Assembly (NCBI GenBank): GCA_963790305.1
Contig: CAWBOC010000005.1
Coordinates: 800,001-864,000, forward strand
Origin: an uncultured Gemmatimonadaceae bacterium
GTDB lineage: Bacteria; Gemmatimonadota; Gemmatimonadetes; Gemmatimonadales; Gemmatimonadaceae
Direction of reading: 5' to 3'
DNA: 64,000 nucleotides
Shown here: in pieces, positions 39,380 through 49,137 of the stretch
How the letters are laid out: each line of letters begins with the position of its first letter
Numbering within the stretch: the stretch's first letter is position 1
Notes under the pieces: model-generated
Seen by the model: the letters and a program-made list of their open reading frames with translations, nothing else
Databases searched by the model: none
Told to the model about the DNA's origin: nothing
Made by a program: the position numbers and the translations under genes

Positions 39380-40294
39380 TTGCCGAAGGCGGTCCAGGGC
39401 CGCCGGTTGGCAGTCATCGTCGGTGCGCGTCAGATTCCCCGGACACCGCCGCGTGCCTACGATCCCGTCGAGCCCTTGATCCCATCTCGCGTCTCCCACC
39501 GAGTCGCCAGCGTCGTCGCCGCGACGTTTGCCTCCCTGTTCCTGCTTTTCCTGGTGGCGCCGATCGCGGAGCTCGTCGCGACCGGGGGCGGGAGCGGCCT
39601 GCGCAAGCTCACCACGGATGCGGAGCTGCGATCTTCGCTCTGGCTGACGCTCGTGACGGCGACGGCGGCGGTGCTGTGCGGTGTCGCGGGGGGCACGCCG
39701 ATCGCCTATCTCCTCGCCCGAAGACAGTTCCGGGGGCGCGCAGTGCTTTCCGCCATTCTGGATCTTCCGCTGCTCATTCCGCATCCGGTAGCCGGCATTG
39801 CGCTACTCCTGGTTCTGGGACGCAACAGCGTGGTGGGCGGGGCGGCGCTCGACGCGGGCCTCCGGATCGTCGGCTCTCCGATCGGCATTGCCGTCGCGAT
39901 GCTGTTCGTGTCGGCCCCGCTGTACGTCAGCGGGGCTCGTGAGGCGTTCGCGCGGGTCGATCCGCGGTACGAGGCCGTGGCGCGCACGTTAGGCGATCCG
40001 CCGTGGCGTGCGTTTCGCCGCGTATCGCTGCCGCTCTCGATGCGTGGCCTCGTCGCGGCCGCGGTGGTCATGTGGGCGCGCGCCGTGAGCGAGTTCGGCG
40101 CGATCGTCGTCATCACGTACAACCCGAAGGCGGCGAGCGTGCTGAGCTACGATCGCTTCACCAGCTTCGGGTTGTCCGAGGCGCTGCCCGTCGCCGCCGT
40201 CCTCGCGATTCTGTCGCTCGTGCCGCTGACCTTGCTGCGCGCGCTGCGCTATGGGCGCACGGCCGCGGACACTGGATGGGCAGGAGAAGGATGA
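39380..40294 (+). CDS. Molybdate/tungstate ABC permease (ModB/WtpB-like); true start may lie downstream
   Basis: LDLPLLIPHPVAGIALL, YEAVARTLG, WARAVSEFGA. Confidence 0.85.
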   Translation: MPKAVQGRRLAVIVGARQIPRTPPRAYDPVEPLIPSRVSHRVASVVAATFASLFLLFLVAPIAELVATGGGSGLRKLTTDAELRSSLWLTLVTATAAVLCGVAGGTPIAYLLARRQFRGRAVLSAILDLPLLIPHPVAGIALLLVLGRNSVVGGAALDAGLRIVGSPIGIAVAMLFVSAPLYVSGAREAFARVDPRYEAVARTLGDPPWRAFRRVSLPLSMRGLVAAAVVMWARAVSEFGAIVVITYNPKAASVLSYDRFTSFGLSEALPVAAVLAILSLVPLTLLRALRYGRTAADTGWAGEG

Positions 40295-41379
40295 TCGACG
40301 TTCGCAGTGTCAGCGCGCGGCTGGGCGCGTTCGAGCTCCGCGACGTCTCGTTCGTGGTGCCGCACGGCAAATATGGCGTCGTCATCGGACCGGCGGGCTC
40401 CGGAAAGACCACGTTGCTCGAGACGATCGCGGGCATCCGCCCGTTGCGTGCGGGGACGATCAGCCTCGACGGCCGGGACGCGCGTGGCGTCCCGCCGGAA
40501 GCGAGACGAGTCGGTTTCGTCTACCAGCATGGGTACTTGTTCCCGCATCTGACTGTCCACGAGAACATCGCCTACGGCGCGTCGACCGCCGAGATGGCGC
40601 GTGAGACCGCTGCGCGACTCGGGGCAGAGGAATTGCTGGGACGATCGGTGCGTGGTCTATCGGGAGGGGAGCGCCAGCTGGTCGCCATCGCCCGCGCTCT
40701 CGCGGCACGACCGTCGATTCTCCTGCTCGACGAGCCATTCAGCGCTCTCGATCCGCGGCGTCGCGTGCGCGTGCGGCGCGAAGTGCGTGCACTGCATCAG
40801 GAGTGGAACGTCACGGTGTTGCAGGTGACGCACGACTTCACCGAAGCGGGACTGCTTGGCGACGTGGCCATTCTGCTCGATAGCGGCCGTGTGCTCCAGT
40901 CCGGCCCGCCGGAGCGCGTCTTCCGCGAGCCAGCGTCGCCGTATATCGCCGAGTTTCTTGGGGCTGAAAACGTCCTTGCGGGCACGGTGCATCATCTTCG
41001 AGACACCGCCCCCGACTGGAGCGCGTCGCGCGATGAGATGAATGATGTTGCCGCCCGCGGGAAGCACGCGATCGAGTTTCGCGCCGGCCCGCTCACCTTG
41101 TACACGGTTGGCGATGCGGCGGAGGGGGCGGGCCACGCGGTGATTCGTGCGGAAGAGATCCTACTGTCCGTCGAGCAGCACCCCTCCTCGGCGCGCAATG
41201 TATTCCGCGGGCGAATCGTTGAGGTGGCCTCGTCCGGCGCTCTCACGCGCGTGACGGTCGACGTTGAAGACACTCCTCTCATCGCGGCACTGACGACTCG
41301 GTCCGCGGAGGAGCTGCAGCTGACGCAGGGCAACGAGGTCTGGGCGAGCTTCAAGGCGATGGCCGTGCACCTGTGTTGA
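40291..41379 (+). CDS. Molybdate/tungstate ABC ATPase with TOBE domain
   Basis: GPAGSGKT, LSGGERQ, LLDEP; SSARNVFRG...ASFKAMAVH. Confidence 0.88.
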   Translation: MIDVRSVSARLGAFELRDVSFVVPHGKYGVVIGPAGSGKTTLLETIAGIRPLRAGTISLDGRDARGVPPEARRVGFVYQHGYLFPHLTVHENIAYGASTAEMARETAARLGAEELLGRSVRGLSGGERQLVAIARALAARPSILLLDEPFSALDPRRRVRVRREVRALHQEWNVTVLQVTHDFTEAGLLGDVAILLDSGRVLQSGPPERVFREPASPYIAEFLGAENVLAGTVHHLRDTAPDWSASRDEMNDVAARGKHAIEFRAGPLTLYTVGDAAEGAGHAVIRAEEILLSVEQHPSSARNVFRGRIVEVASSGALTRVTVDVEDTPLIAALTTRSAEELQLTQGNEVWASFKAMAVHLC

Positions 41380-41427
41380 TCGGTTGACCTCCGCCTTCCG
41401 CTTTCCGAGTTGAGAGCCGGCATTCAC

Positions 41428-41626
41428 GCATCCAGGTTCAAAGTTGGGACGCGGATTTCGCGGATTCAGCGGAAACGGCCGGATCGCTTCTGGCGCATTG
41501 ATTCCTCCTCTACCGCAACAAAAAAACAAATTCTTGGGCTGCACGAGGAGAGTTTCTGGCGCCAGGAATAATCCGCCTGATCCGCTGAATCCGCGAAATC
41601 CGCGTCCCCTCTTTGAACCTGGATGC
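41428..41626. repeat. MITE-like element with 46-bp inverted arms containing CGCGGATTT 9-mers (family F)
   Basis: Arms 41428-41473 and 41581-41626 match at 44/46; AT-richer interior. Confidence 0.82.
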
Positions 41627-41808
41627 TCGGGTGTGATGCCGGCGTCCTGTACGGCCACAGGGATAAGGACCTGTCCTCGACAGGGGACGAAGCCGTGCGT
41701 TCGAAACCTGTCAAGTCATTACCGTTTCAAGCGTTGCTCGAGAGTGGAGGGTTGGCGCGGCGAGTGCCATTGCGAAGGCGAGGATTCGGTTTCGCAACGC
41801 ATTCCCCC

Positions 41809-42372
41809 ATGGACCTTCGAGCAATTCTTTTCGGCGTCGTGCGACCCTGGCGGGCGCGAGTCAGCGACTCGCGCCCGCGGAGTTACGCGCTGTCGCCTGA
41901 CGCCGCTTTCGCGGAGGGATGGGAATCGCTGCAGTGTGAGGAGTTCATCGAGGCCGAGCGCGCGTTTCGACTCGTGCTCGAGGCGCGGCCCGACGATGCG
42001 GACGCGTCGCTCTACCTGGGAATTGCGCTCGCGGGGCAGGGATCCCATGCGGACGCGATCGCGCCTCTGCGCGCCGCAGCGGAGGCACGACCCCTCGACG
42101 CCGAGGTGCACTGGCGGTTAGGCATCTCGCTGCGGGAGACTGGCGAGCTCTTTCTCGCCATGAGCTCGCTGCGCCAGGCGCTTCAGCTGCGCCCGGGACT
42201 CTACGAGGTCGAGGCGGCCCTCGACGACCTCGTCAGCGCGGCGGCGCGCTCGGCGACGCGAACATCGCCTGTGCGCGGACGATCCCTTCGACGAGCCGGA
42301 CGACGTCGCTCACATCGGTATATACGTAGAACGATGCCCGCGTCGTCGCGGGAACTCCGAGTCGGCGCATGA
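41809..42372 (+). CDS. TPR-repeat protein
   Basis: AERAFRLVLEARPDDADASLYLGIAL...AEVHWRLGISL...ALQLRP. Confidence 0.7.
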   Translation: MDLRAILFGVVRPWRARVSDSRPRSYALSPDAAFAEGWESLQCEEFIEAERAFRLVLEARPDDADASLYLGIALAGQGSHADAIAPLRAAAEARPLDAEVHWRLGISLRETGELFLAMSSLRQALQLRPGLYEVEAALDDLVSAAARSATRTSPVRGRSLRRAGRRRSHRYIRRTMPASSRELRVGA

Positions 42373-43462
42373 GCGGCTGGGCACAATGATGCCCGGCCCG
42401 CACGCACACCCCCTGCTGATCGAGTACGGTCGCAAGGTCGTGCGGATGGATCTCATCGACGACGAACGATACGACGCCGCTTCGGCGTGCGAGCGGAGGC
42501 CCGAGGAGGTGGACACCATCGAGCTCCCCCAGGGAGCCGATTGCCGTCTCGAGAATCATCCGCTCATGCTCGGCGACTCGATCCATGCCGAGCCGCTCGA
42601 GATACTCGACGGCTGCCGCCAGGCCGACGGCCCCGGCGACGTTCGGGGTTCCGGCCTCGAACTTGTGCGGCAGCACGTTCCACGTGGTTCGCTCATCGAG
42701 GACGTACTCGATCATGTCGCCGCCGGTCTGATACGGCGTCATGCGCTCGAGGAGCGCGCGCCGCCCGATCAACCCGCCGATGCCCATGGGACCGAGCATC
42801 TTGTGGCCGCTGAACGCGTAGAAGTCGACCCCGAGCGCGTCGAACCGAACGGGGAAATGCGGGGCGCTCTGTGCGCCATCGCAGACGACGATCGCACCGC
42901 ACCGTTCGCGCACGAGCGCGGCGATCTCGCGTACCGGGTTGATCGTGCCCAGGGCGTTCGAGACGTGGCTGAACGCGACGACGCGCGTCCGCGCGTTGAG
43001 CAGGCTCGTCAGGCAGTCCAGGTCGATCTCACCGGTCTCGGTGAGATCGCAGATACGCAGCTTCGCCTCCCGGTCGAGCGCGAGCTGCTGCCAGGGGACG
43101 AAGTTCGCGTGGTGCTCGAGACCGGTGATGACGATCTCGTCCCCGGCACGAATGTTCGGCCGTCCCCACGCTGCCGCCACGAGATTGATCGACTCTGTCG
43201 TTCCACGCGTGAAGATCAGCGACGCTGCATCGGCGACGCCGAGAAAGCGTGCAATGCGAGCACGCGCCTCCTGATAACGGTCGGTCGCCCGCACTGAGAG
43301 CTCATAGGCCCCGCGATGCGGATTCGCGTTGTCCTGCTCGTAGTACGCCTGCATCGCGTCGAGGACGGCGCGCGGCTTCTGCGACGTGGCGGCCGTGTCG
43401 AGGTAGCAGAGCTCGGGATTGGCAGCGAGGAGGGGGAAGTCGGAGCGTGGCGCGAGCGTCAT
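42233..43462 (-). CDS. sufS: Cysteine desulfurase
   Basis: YLDTAATSQKP, EHHAN, SGHKMLGP, RAGHHCAQP. Confidence 0.95.
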   Translation of the reverse strand: MTLAPRSDFPLLAANPELCYLDTAATSQKPRAVLDAMQAYYEQDNANPHRGAYELSVRATDRYQEARARIARFLGVADAASLIFTRGTTESINLVAAAWGRPNIRAGDEIVITGLEHHANFVPWQQLALDREAKLRICDLTETGEIDLDCLTSLLNARTRVVAFSHVSNALGTINPVREIAALVRERCGAIVVCDGAQSAPHFPVRFDALGVDFYAFSGHKMLGPMGIGGLIGRRALLERMTPYQTGGDMIEYVLDERTTWNVLPHKFEAGTPNVAGAVGLAAAVEYLERLGMDRVAEHERMILETAIGSLGELDGVHLLGPPLARRSGVVSFVVDEIHPHDLATVLDQQGVCVRAGHHCAQPLMRRLGVPATTRASFYVYTDVSDVVRLVEGIVRAQAMFASPSAPPR

Positions 43463-43797
43463 GAGCGCTTCCTCGGCCCAACGAACACCTGACCGTCGGC
43501 GACCGAGACCTCGTAGACGGGAAGCGGATCGGTAGCGGGGTGCCGCCGTACATCGCCGGTGAGCCGATCGAAGCGCGCACCGTGCCAGGCGCACTCGATC
43601 GTTCCATCATCGAGCAGCGTGCCGTCGCACATCGGGAAATCCTGATGCGGGCAGGTATCGCTCACGGCGCCGATCTCACCACGAAAGTTGTAGAGACATA
43701 CGCGCTCCCCCGTCTCGAGCTGCACCGAGAGCATGGTTCCGTCGGGCACATCCGTCAGCGCAGCCGCGAGGTGGAACCCGGACTGCGGTGGGTTCAC
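43459..43797 (-). CDS. Rieske-type ferredoxin
   Basis: CPHQ...CAWHGARFD. Confidence 0.9.
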   Translation of the reverse strand: MNPPQSGFHLAAALTDVPDGTMLSVQLETGERVCLYNFRGEIGAVSDTCPHQDFPMCDGTLLDDGTIECAWHGARFDRLTGDVRRHPATDPLPVYEVSVADGQVFVGPRKRS

Positions 43798-44249
43798 TGT
43801 CGTTCGGTACTGGCCGCGTCGGCATCGCCCTTGAGCGCCGCGCGCAGCGCGTGCCAGGCGAGGCTCGCGCATTTCACGCGCACCGGAAATCGGGAAACGC
43901 CCGAGAACGCGGCAAGGGACCCCAGGGTGGGGTCGTCGGGCCGTGCCGCCGGGCTTCCGGTCACGAGATCATGAAAGCGCTCGAACAGCGCCGACGCCTC
44001 TTCGCGCGTCTTTCCCTTGACGGTCGTCGTCATGATGGACGCCGATGCCTTCGAGATCGCGCACCCCGATCCCACGAACGACACATCCTCAATGCGGTCG
44101 CCATCCATCTTGAGCCACACGGTGAGCTCGTCCCCGCACATCGGATTGCGCCCCTCCGATCGCCGATCGGCACCGGTGAGCTCGCGAAAATTCCGCGGGC
44201 GGCGGTTGTGATCGAGAATGATCGATTGGTAGAGGGCGGAGAGGTCCAT
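43794..44249 (-). CDS. sufU: SUF NifU-family protein
   Basis: LYQSIILDH, NPMCGD, GCAISKAS, RVKCASLAWH. Confidence 0.94.
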   Translation of the reverse strand: MDLSALYQSIILDHNRRPRNFRELTGADRRSEGRNPMCGDELTVWLKMDGDRIEDVSFVGSGCAISKASASIMTTTVKGKTREEASALFERFHDLVTGSPAARPDDPTLGSLAAFSGVSRFPVRVKCASLAWHALRAALKGDADAASTERQ

Positions 44250-44257
44250 GGTTGTTT

Positions 44258-44345
44258 CAAAGGCGCTAAAGGCGCTAAAGGCGCTAAGGCGCTCGAGGCG
44301 CTACACGGCTACCCCTTCAGCGCCTGCCGTGCTTTCAGCGCCTTC
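44258..44345. repeat. 9-mer AAAGGCGCT tandem with inverted counterpart (family E)
   Basis: (aaaggcgct)x3 aaggcgct cgaggcgct; mirrored by ttcagcgcct units inside the sufD 3' end. Confidence 0.75.
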
Positions 44346-45650
44346 CTCCATGCGCGTAAATCTCTCCAACGTCAGCTCTTCGAGCGCATCGCGCACTTCC
44401 GCTATCTCCAATCGCTCGAGCACATCCGCCGCGAACGCGTAGATGAGGAGTCGGCGCGCCACGGCTGCGGGGAGGCCGCGGCTCTTCATGTAGAAGAGCG
44501 AGAGCGCGTCGAGCTTTCCGACCGTCGCGCCGTGCGTGCATTTCACATCATCGGCGAAGATCTCGAGCTGTGGCTTGGTATCGATGCGCGCCCTGTCGGA
44601 CAGGAGCAGGTTGTTGTTCTCCTGCTTGCCGTCGGTCTTCTGGGCGATCGGCCGCACGAACACCTTGCCGTTGAACACCCCATGCGATGCCCCCCCGAGG
44701 ATGCCCTTGTAGACCTCGTGGCTGGCGCAGTTGGGGGCGGCGTGCTCGATGCGCGTCTGATGATCGACATGCTGATCGCCATCGACCATGTACAAGCCGT
44801 TCATCCAGACTTCGGCGCCCTCGCCCTCGAGCGTGGTGTAAATGTTCGTGCGCGACAGCGCCGCGCCGGTCGCGAACGAGAACGAGGCGTATTTCGAGTC
44901 GCGGGGCTGCCGAACCTCGGTCGTGCCGACATGGAAGGCGCGCTGGCTCTCGCGCTGAATCTTGTAATGCGCGAGGTGCGCCCCTTCACCCAGCGCGATC
45001 TCGGTGACGGCATTGGTGAAGTATCGCGCGTTCCCCAGCGAGACGTAGCTCTCGATGACCCGCGCACTTGCCTGGCGATCGACGATCAGGAGGTGCCGAG
45101 GATGCATGACCACGCGCGCGGCGATGGGATCGACCACATGCAGGATGTGGATCGGCGCATCGGCTTGCACGTCCTTCGCCACGTGGACGAGAGCGCCGTC
45201 GGACATGAACGCCGTGTTCAGCGCGGTGAAGCTGTGCTCGTCGAAGGTCGCGATCCTCGAGAGGTGTCCCTTCAGCAGCTCCGGCGCGTCACGCCAGGCG
45301 CTCGCGAGATTCATCACCCGCACGCCTAACGGTGCGCTGTCCCCGCTGGACAGCTCGGGCGCGTAGCGGCCGTTGACGAAGACGAACGTCGGCCAGTCGG
45401 CTCGGCCGAAGAGGAATGGCTCGAGGTCTTCCCGGTGGACGTCCCCTGACGGCGCCGACAGCGGATGGAACTCCGCTTCGGTGATCGGGGCGACGCTCGT
45501 GAAGTGCCAGTCCTCGTTGCGTGGCGTCGGGAAGCCGAGTGCCGCGAACCGCGCGAGGGCGGCTCGCCGCACGGGGGGGAGCCAGTCGGGACCAGCACCG
45601 CCGCCGTTCGAGGAGAACGTCTCGAAATCGGCGAGATACGGCTGCGTCAC
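44301..45650 (-). CDS. sufD: Fe-S cluster assembly protein SufD
   Basis: FPTPRNEDWHFT, AQKTDG, KPQLEIFADDVKCTHGATVG. Confidence 0.94.
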   Translation of the reverse strand: MTQPYLADFETFSSNGGGAGPDWLPPVRRAALARFAALGFPTPRNEDWHFTSVAPITEAEFHPLSAPSGDVHREDLEPFLFGRADWPTFVFVNGRYAPELSSGDSAPLGVRVMNLASAWRDAPELLKGHLSRIATFDEHSFTALNTAFMSDGALVHVAKDVQADAPIHILHVVDPIAARVVMHPRHLLIVDRQASARVIESYVSLGNARYFTNAVTEIALGEGAHLAHYKIQRESQRAFHVGTTEVRQPRDSKYASFSFATGAALSRTNIYTTLEGEGAEVWMNGLYMVDGDQHVDHQTRIEHAAPNCASHEVYKGILGGASHGVFNGKVFVRPIAQKTDGKQENNNLLLSDRARIDTKPQLEIFADDVKCTHGATVGKLDALSLFYMKSRGLPAAVARRLLIYAFAADVLERLEIAEVRDALEELTLERFTRMEEGAESTAGAEGVAV

Positions 45651-46396
45651 GCCGCTGCTCCAGTGACCCAATCGTAACCCTTCGCCTCGAGCTCGAGCGC
45701 GAGGTCCTTGCCGCCCGACTTGACGATCCGCCCGCCGGCGAGCACGTGCACGCGATCGGGCACGATGTAGTTGAGCAGCCGCTGGTAGTGCGTGACGACG
45801 ATCGTCGCGTTGTCCGGCCGCCTGAGCTGGTTCACGCCATGGGCGACGACGCGCAGCGCATCGATGTCCAGGCCTGAATCGGTCTCGTCCAGGATGGCGA
45901 GCGTCGGCTGCAGCACAGCCATCTGGAGGATCTCGTTGCGCTTCTTCTCTCCTCCCGAGAATCCCGCGTTCACGGAGCGGTTGAGCATCGTGTCTTCCAT
46001 GTCAACCAGCTTCAGCCGGTCTTCCATCACTTGAAGGAAGTCCAGCGGATCGACCTCCTCCTCACCACGTGCCTTGCGCAGCTCGTTGTACGCCGAGCGA
46101 AGGAAGTACGCGTTGGAGACCCCAGGGATCTCGACCGGGTACTGGAAGGCGAGGAACACCCCCGCCTGCGCGCGCTCCTCCGGCTCCATGGCCAGCAGGT
46201 CACGTCCCTGGTAGTAGACTTCGCCCGCCGTCACCTCATACGCCGGATGCCCGGCAAGCACCTGCGCGAGCGTGCTCTTCCCGGACCCGTTCGGCCCCAT
46301 CACGGCATGTATTTCCCCCGCCTTCACCTCGAGGTCGATTCCCTTGAGGATCGCGTTTCCGTCGACGGAGGCGTGGAGATTCTTTATAACTAGCAT
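45647..46396 (-). CDS. sufC: Fe-S assembly ATPase SufC
   Basis: GPNGSGKST, FQYPVEIPGV, FSGGEKKRNE, DETDSGLD. Confidence 0.96.
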   Translation of the reverse strand: MLVIKNLHASVDGNAILKGIDLEVKAGEIHAVMGPNGSGKSTLAQVLAGHPAYEVTAGEVYYQGRDLLAMEPEERAQAGVFLAFQYPVEIPGVSNAYFLRSAYNELRKARGEEEVDPLDFLQVMEDRLKLVDMEDTMLNRSVNAGFSGGEKKRNEILQMAVLQPTLAILDETDSGLDIDALRVVAHGVNQLRRPDNATIVVTHYQRLLNYIVPDRVHVLAGGRIVKSGGKDLALELEAKGYDWVTGAAA

Positions 46397-46414
46397 TTGT
46401 GTGCTGTAGAGTCG

Positions 46415-46476
46415 GGAATGCGGAATGCGGAATGCGGAACTGAATGAAGCCTTCCGTATTCCGCCTTCCGCATTCG
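46415..46476. repeat. Family B heptamer palindrome between sufB and sufC
   Basis: (ggaatgc)x3 ... ttccgtattccgccttccgcattc. Confidence 0.82.
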
Positions 46477-46477
46477 T

Positions 46478-47914
46478 TTATCCAACGCTTCCTTCGAGCG
46501 TGATGCCCAACAACTGTTGCGCTTCAAGGGCGAATTCCATTGGAAGCTCCTTGAAGACCTCTCGGCAGAATCCGCTCACGATCATCGACACCGCATGCTC
46601 GGCGGACAGGCCGCGCTGCTTGCAGTAGAAGATCTGGTCCTCACCGATCTTCGACGTCGACGCCTCGTGCTCGACCGTCGCCGTGTTGTTCTGCACCTCG
46701 ATGTACGGGAACGTGTGCGCGCCGCAGCGGTTGCCGATGAGCATCGAGTCACACTGCGTGTAGTTGCGCGCGTTCTCCGCCTTGGGCATCACCTTCACGC
46801 GGCCGCGATACGAGTTGTTTCCCTGGCCGGCGCTGATCCCCTTCGAGACGATGTTCGACTTCGTGTTCTTGCCGATGTGAATCATCTTCGTGCCGGTGTC
46901 GGCCTGCTGCCGGTTGTTCACGACCGCCACGGAGTAGAACTCACCCACCGAGTCATCGCCCTGGAGAATCACGCTGGGATACTTCCAGGTGATGGCCGAG
47001 CCCGTCTCGACCTGCGTCCAGGAGATCTTGGAGCGACGGCCGGCGCACTTCCCGCGCTTCGTCACGAAGTTGTAGATGCCGCCGCGTCCCTCGGAGTCGC
47101 CGGCATACCAGTTCTGCACCGTCGAGTATTTCACCGTCGCATTCTCGAGTGCGACGAGCTCGACGACCGCCGCGTGCAGCTGGTTCTGGTCGCGCTTGGG
47201 CGCCGTGCATCCCTCGAGGTAGCTCACGTAGGCTCCCTCGTCGGCGATGATCAGCGTCCGCTCGAACTGTCCGGTATCGGCCGCGTTGATGCGGAAATAC
47301 GTCGACAGCTCCATCGGGCAGCGAACGCCCGGCGGCACGTACACGAATGAACCGTCGCTGAAAACCGCCGAGTTGAGCGCGGCGAAGAAGTTGTCGCTGT
47401 AGGGCACGACGGAGCCGAGATACTTCTGCACGAGCTCGGGGTGATGCTGCACCGCCTCTCCGAACGAGCAGAAGATGATTCCCAGCTTCGACAGCTCTTC
47501 CTTCATCGTCGTCCCGACCGATACGCTGTCGAAAATCGCATCGACGGCGACACCGGCGAGCCGCTTCTGCTCGGTCAGTGGGATGCCAAGCTTCTCGTAG
47601 GTGCGGAGAAGCTCCGGGTCCGCATCATCGAGCGACTGCAGCGGCTTCACGCTCTTGGGCGCCGAGTAGTAGATAATGTCCTGATAGTCGATCGCCGGAT
47701 ACGAGACGTTGCTCCAGTGGGGCTCGGTCATCGACAGCCAGCGGCGATACGCCTTCATGCGCCACTCGAGCATGAACGGCGGCTCGTTCTTCTTCGCCGA
47801 GATCATGCGAATGGTGTCTTCGCTCAGCCCGCGGGGGACGGTCTCCGTCTCCACATCGGTGACGAAGCCGTGCTGGTACTCACGCGTAACGAGCGATTCG
47901 ATCGACGAGCTCAT
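46478..47914 (-). CDS. sufB: Fe-S cluster assembly protein SufB
   Basis: [51 protein letters not shown]. Confidence 0.96.
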   Translation of the reverse strand: MSSSIESLVTREYQHGFVTDVETETVPRGLSEDTIRMISAKKNEPPFMLEWRMKAYRRWLSMTEPHWSNVSYPAIDYQDIIYYSAPKSVKPLQSLDDADPELLRTYEKLGIPLTEQKRLAGVAVDAIFDSVSVGTTMKEELSKLGIIFCSFGEAVQHHPELVQKYLGSVVPYSDNFFAALNSAVFSDGSFVYVPPGVRCPMELSTYFRINAADTGQFERTLIIADEGAYVSYLEGCTAPKRDQNQLHAAVVELVALENATVKYSTVQNWYAGDSEGRGGIYNFVTKRGKCAGRRSKISWTQVETGSAITWKYPSVILQGDDSVGEFYSVAVVNNRQQADTGTKMIHIGKNTKSNIVSKGISAGQGNNSYRGRVKVMPKAENARNYTQCDSMLIGNRCGAHTFPYIEVQNNTATVEHEASTSKIGEDQIFYCKQRGLSAEHAVSMIVSGFCREVFKELPMEFALEAQQLLGITLEGSVG

Positions 47915-48105
47915 GGCAACTCCCGAAAGCTGGTGCGGACGACGAGCGGCGCGGCGAGGGCCCCGCGTGCGTTCGACGTCACCCATGCCTGAAGATTCGT
48001 GCCCGGTTCCGCGTTCCCCGATCCGGGGAAACGCCCCGCGTAACGTCAGCGGCTCGGGCGCGCGTCGCGGGCAGTGCTTCCTCGGAGCGCCCGGTTCGTC
48101 ACAGG

Positions 48106-48130
48106 AATCCTAAGTAAATCTGTCGGGATT
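48106..48130 (-). promoter_or_regulatory. IscR/Rrf2-type operator upstream of the suf operon
   Basis: 25-bp AT-rich imperfect palindrome AATCCCGACAGATTTACTTAGGATT. Confidence 0.55.
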
Positions 48131-48188
48131 AGCAACTGCGCAGATCACGGCAGAAGTTGGGATCGTATAAGGGGTTAGCGTCCGAGTC

Positions 48189-48330
48189 AGATCAACCTCC
48201 GAAGACGTCAGGGGTCAGACGTCAGGTCTCAGGAGGCAGAAAAAACCGCGGGAGGCCAAGGCTCGGCTCCCCGCGGTTCTCTGAATTCTGATACTGACGT
48301 CTGACCCCTGACGTCTTCGGAAGTCGATCT
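48189..48330. repeat. Family C full element (37-bp inverted arms, 2 mismatches) with internal terminator-like hairpin
   Basis: agatcaacctccgaagacgtcaggggtcagacgtcag ... ctgacgtctgacccctgacgtcttcggaagtcgatct. Confidence 0.85.
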
Positions 48331-48333
48331 ACG

Positions 48334-49137
48334 CTACCTGGCGGCGAGCCAAGCCACCACGCCCAATAAGAGAACGACGGCCCCGATCGTCATCGGCCCC
48401 GGCCCCGTCCTGATCTTGAACGCATCGTGCGACCCCGTGATCGCCTTCTGGTACACGACGGTCTCGCGGCGCGCGAAGGATTCGTCGGCGTGCTCCTCGA
48501 GATCGACGACCTTCATCCCTGCCGGCGCCTTGCCTTGGGTGAAGGTGAACGTCGCTCGGCCGACGCGAATCTCATCGCCTTCGCGAAGCACCTTCGGCTG
48601 CTTGATCGTTTCCTCGCCAACCTTGGTGCCTCCGGAGCCCATCGAGTAGATCACATGCCGCCCGCCTTCCGTGCGGATGTCCGCGTGAAAACGCGACACG
48701 CTCGTGTCCTTCAACACGATGTTGCAGCCGATCTCGCGCCCGATCTGCACCACACGGCGGTTGAGTGGATAGGCGCGCCGGTTCTGCGCGTCGACGAGGA
48801 ACGCCGCGCCGGCCGGCTCGGGAAGCTCGGGGCGCTTGTCGGATTCCTTGTTGAGATAGATGAAATGCGCGGTTCCCGCGGAGATCACGTCGCCGCCCTT
48901 GACGGCGGCGCCGGCAACCGGCACGGGCTCGCCATTCAGAATGACGATGTGCTGCGCCAATGCGGGGACGACTTTCGCCTTCCCGTCGCCATTGACGTTT
49001 ACCGTGAAGTGGCGCGCCGCGAGGTCCTTGCTCGGCACACGCCACGCTGCCTGCGCCCCACTCCCCACGCTCGTTTCCGGTTCGAGCGCGCGTGGAGGAG
49101 TACCCTCAGGCATACCAACCAGTTCAAGAAACGCCAT
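48334..49137 (-). CDS. Tandem FHA-domain protein with C-terminal TM
   Basis: QIGREIGCNIVLKDTSVSRFHA canonical FHA; degenerate N-terminal FHA. Confidence 0.85.
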   Translation of the reverse strand: MAFLELVGMPEGTPPRALEPETSVGSGAQAAWRVPSKDLAARHFTVNVNGDGKAKVVPALAQHIVILNGEPVPVAGAAVKGGDVISAGTAHFIYLNKESDKRPELPEPAGAAFLVDAQNRRAYPLNRRVVQIGREIGCNIVLKDTSVSRFHADIRTEGGRHVIYSMGSGGTKVGEETIKQPKVLREGDEIRVGRATFTFTQGKAPAGMKVVDLEEHADESFARRETVVYQKAITGSHDAFKIRTGPGPMTIGAVVLLLGVVAWLAAR

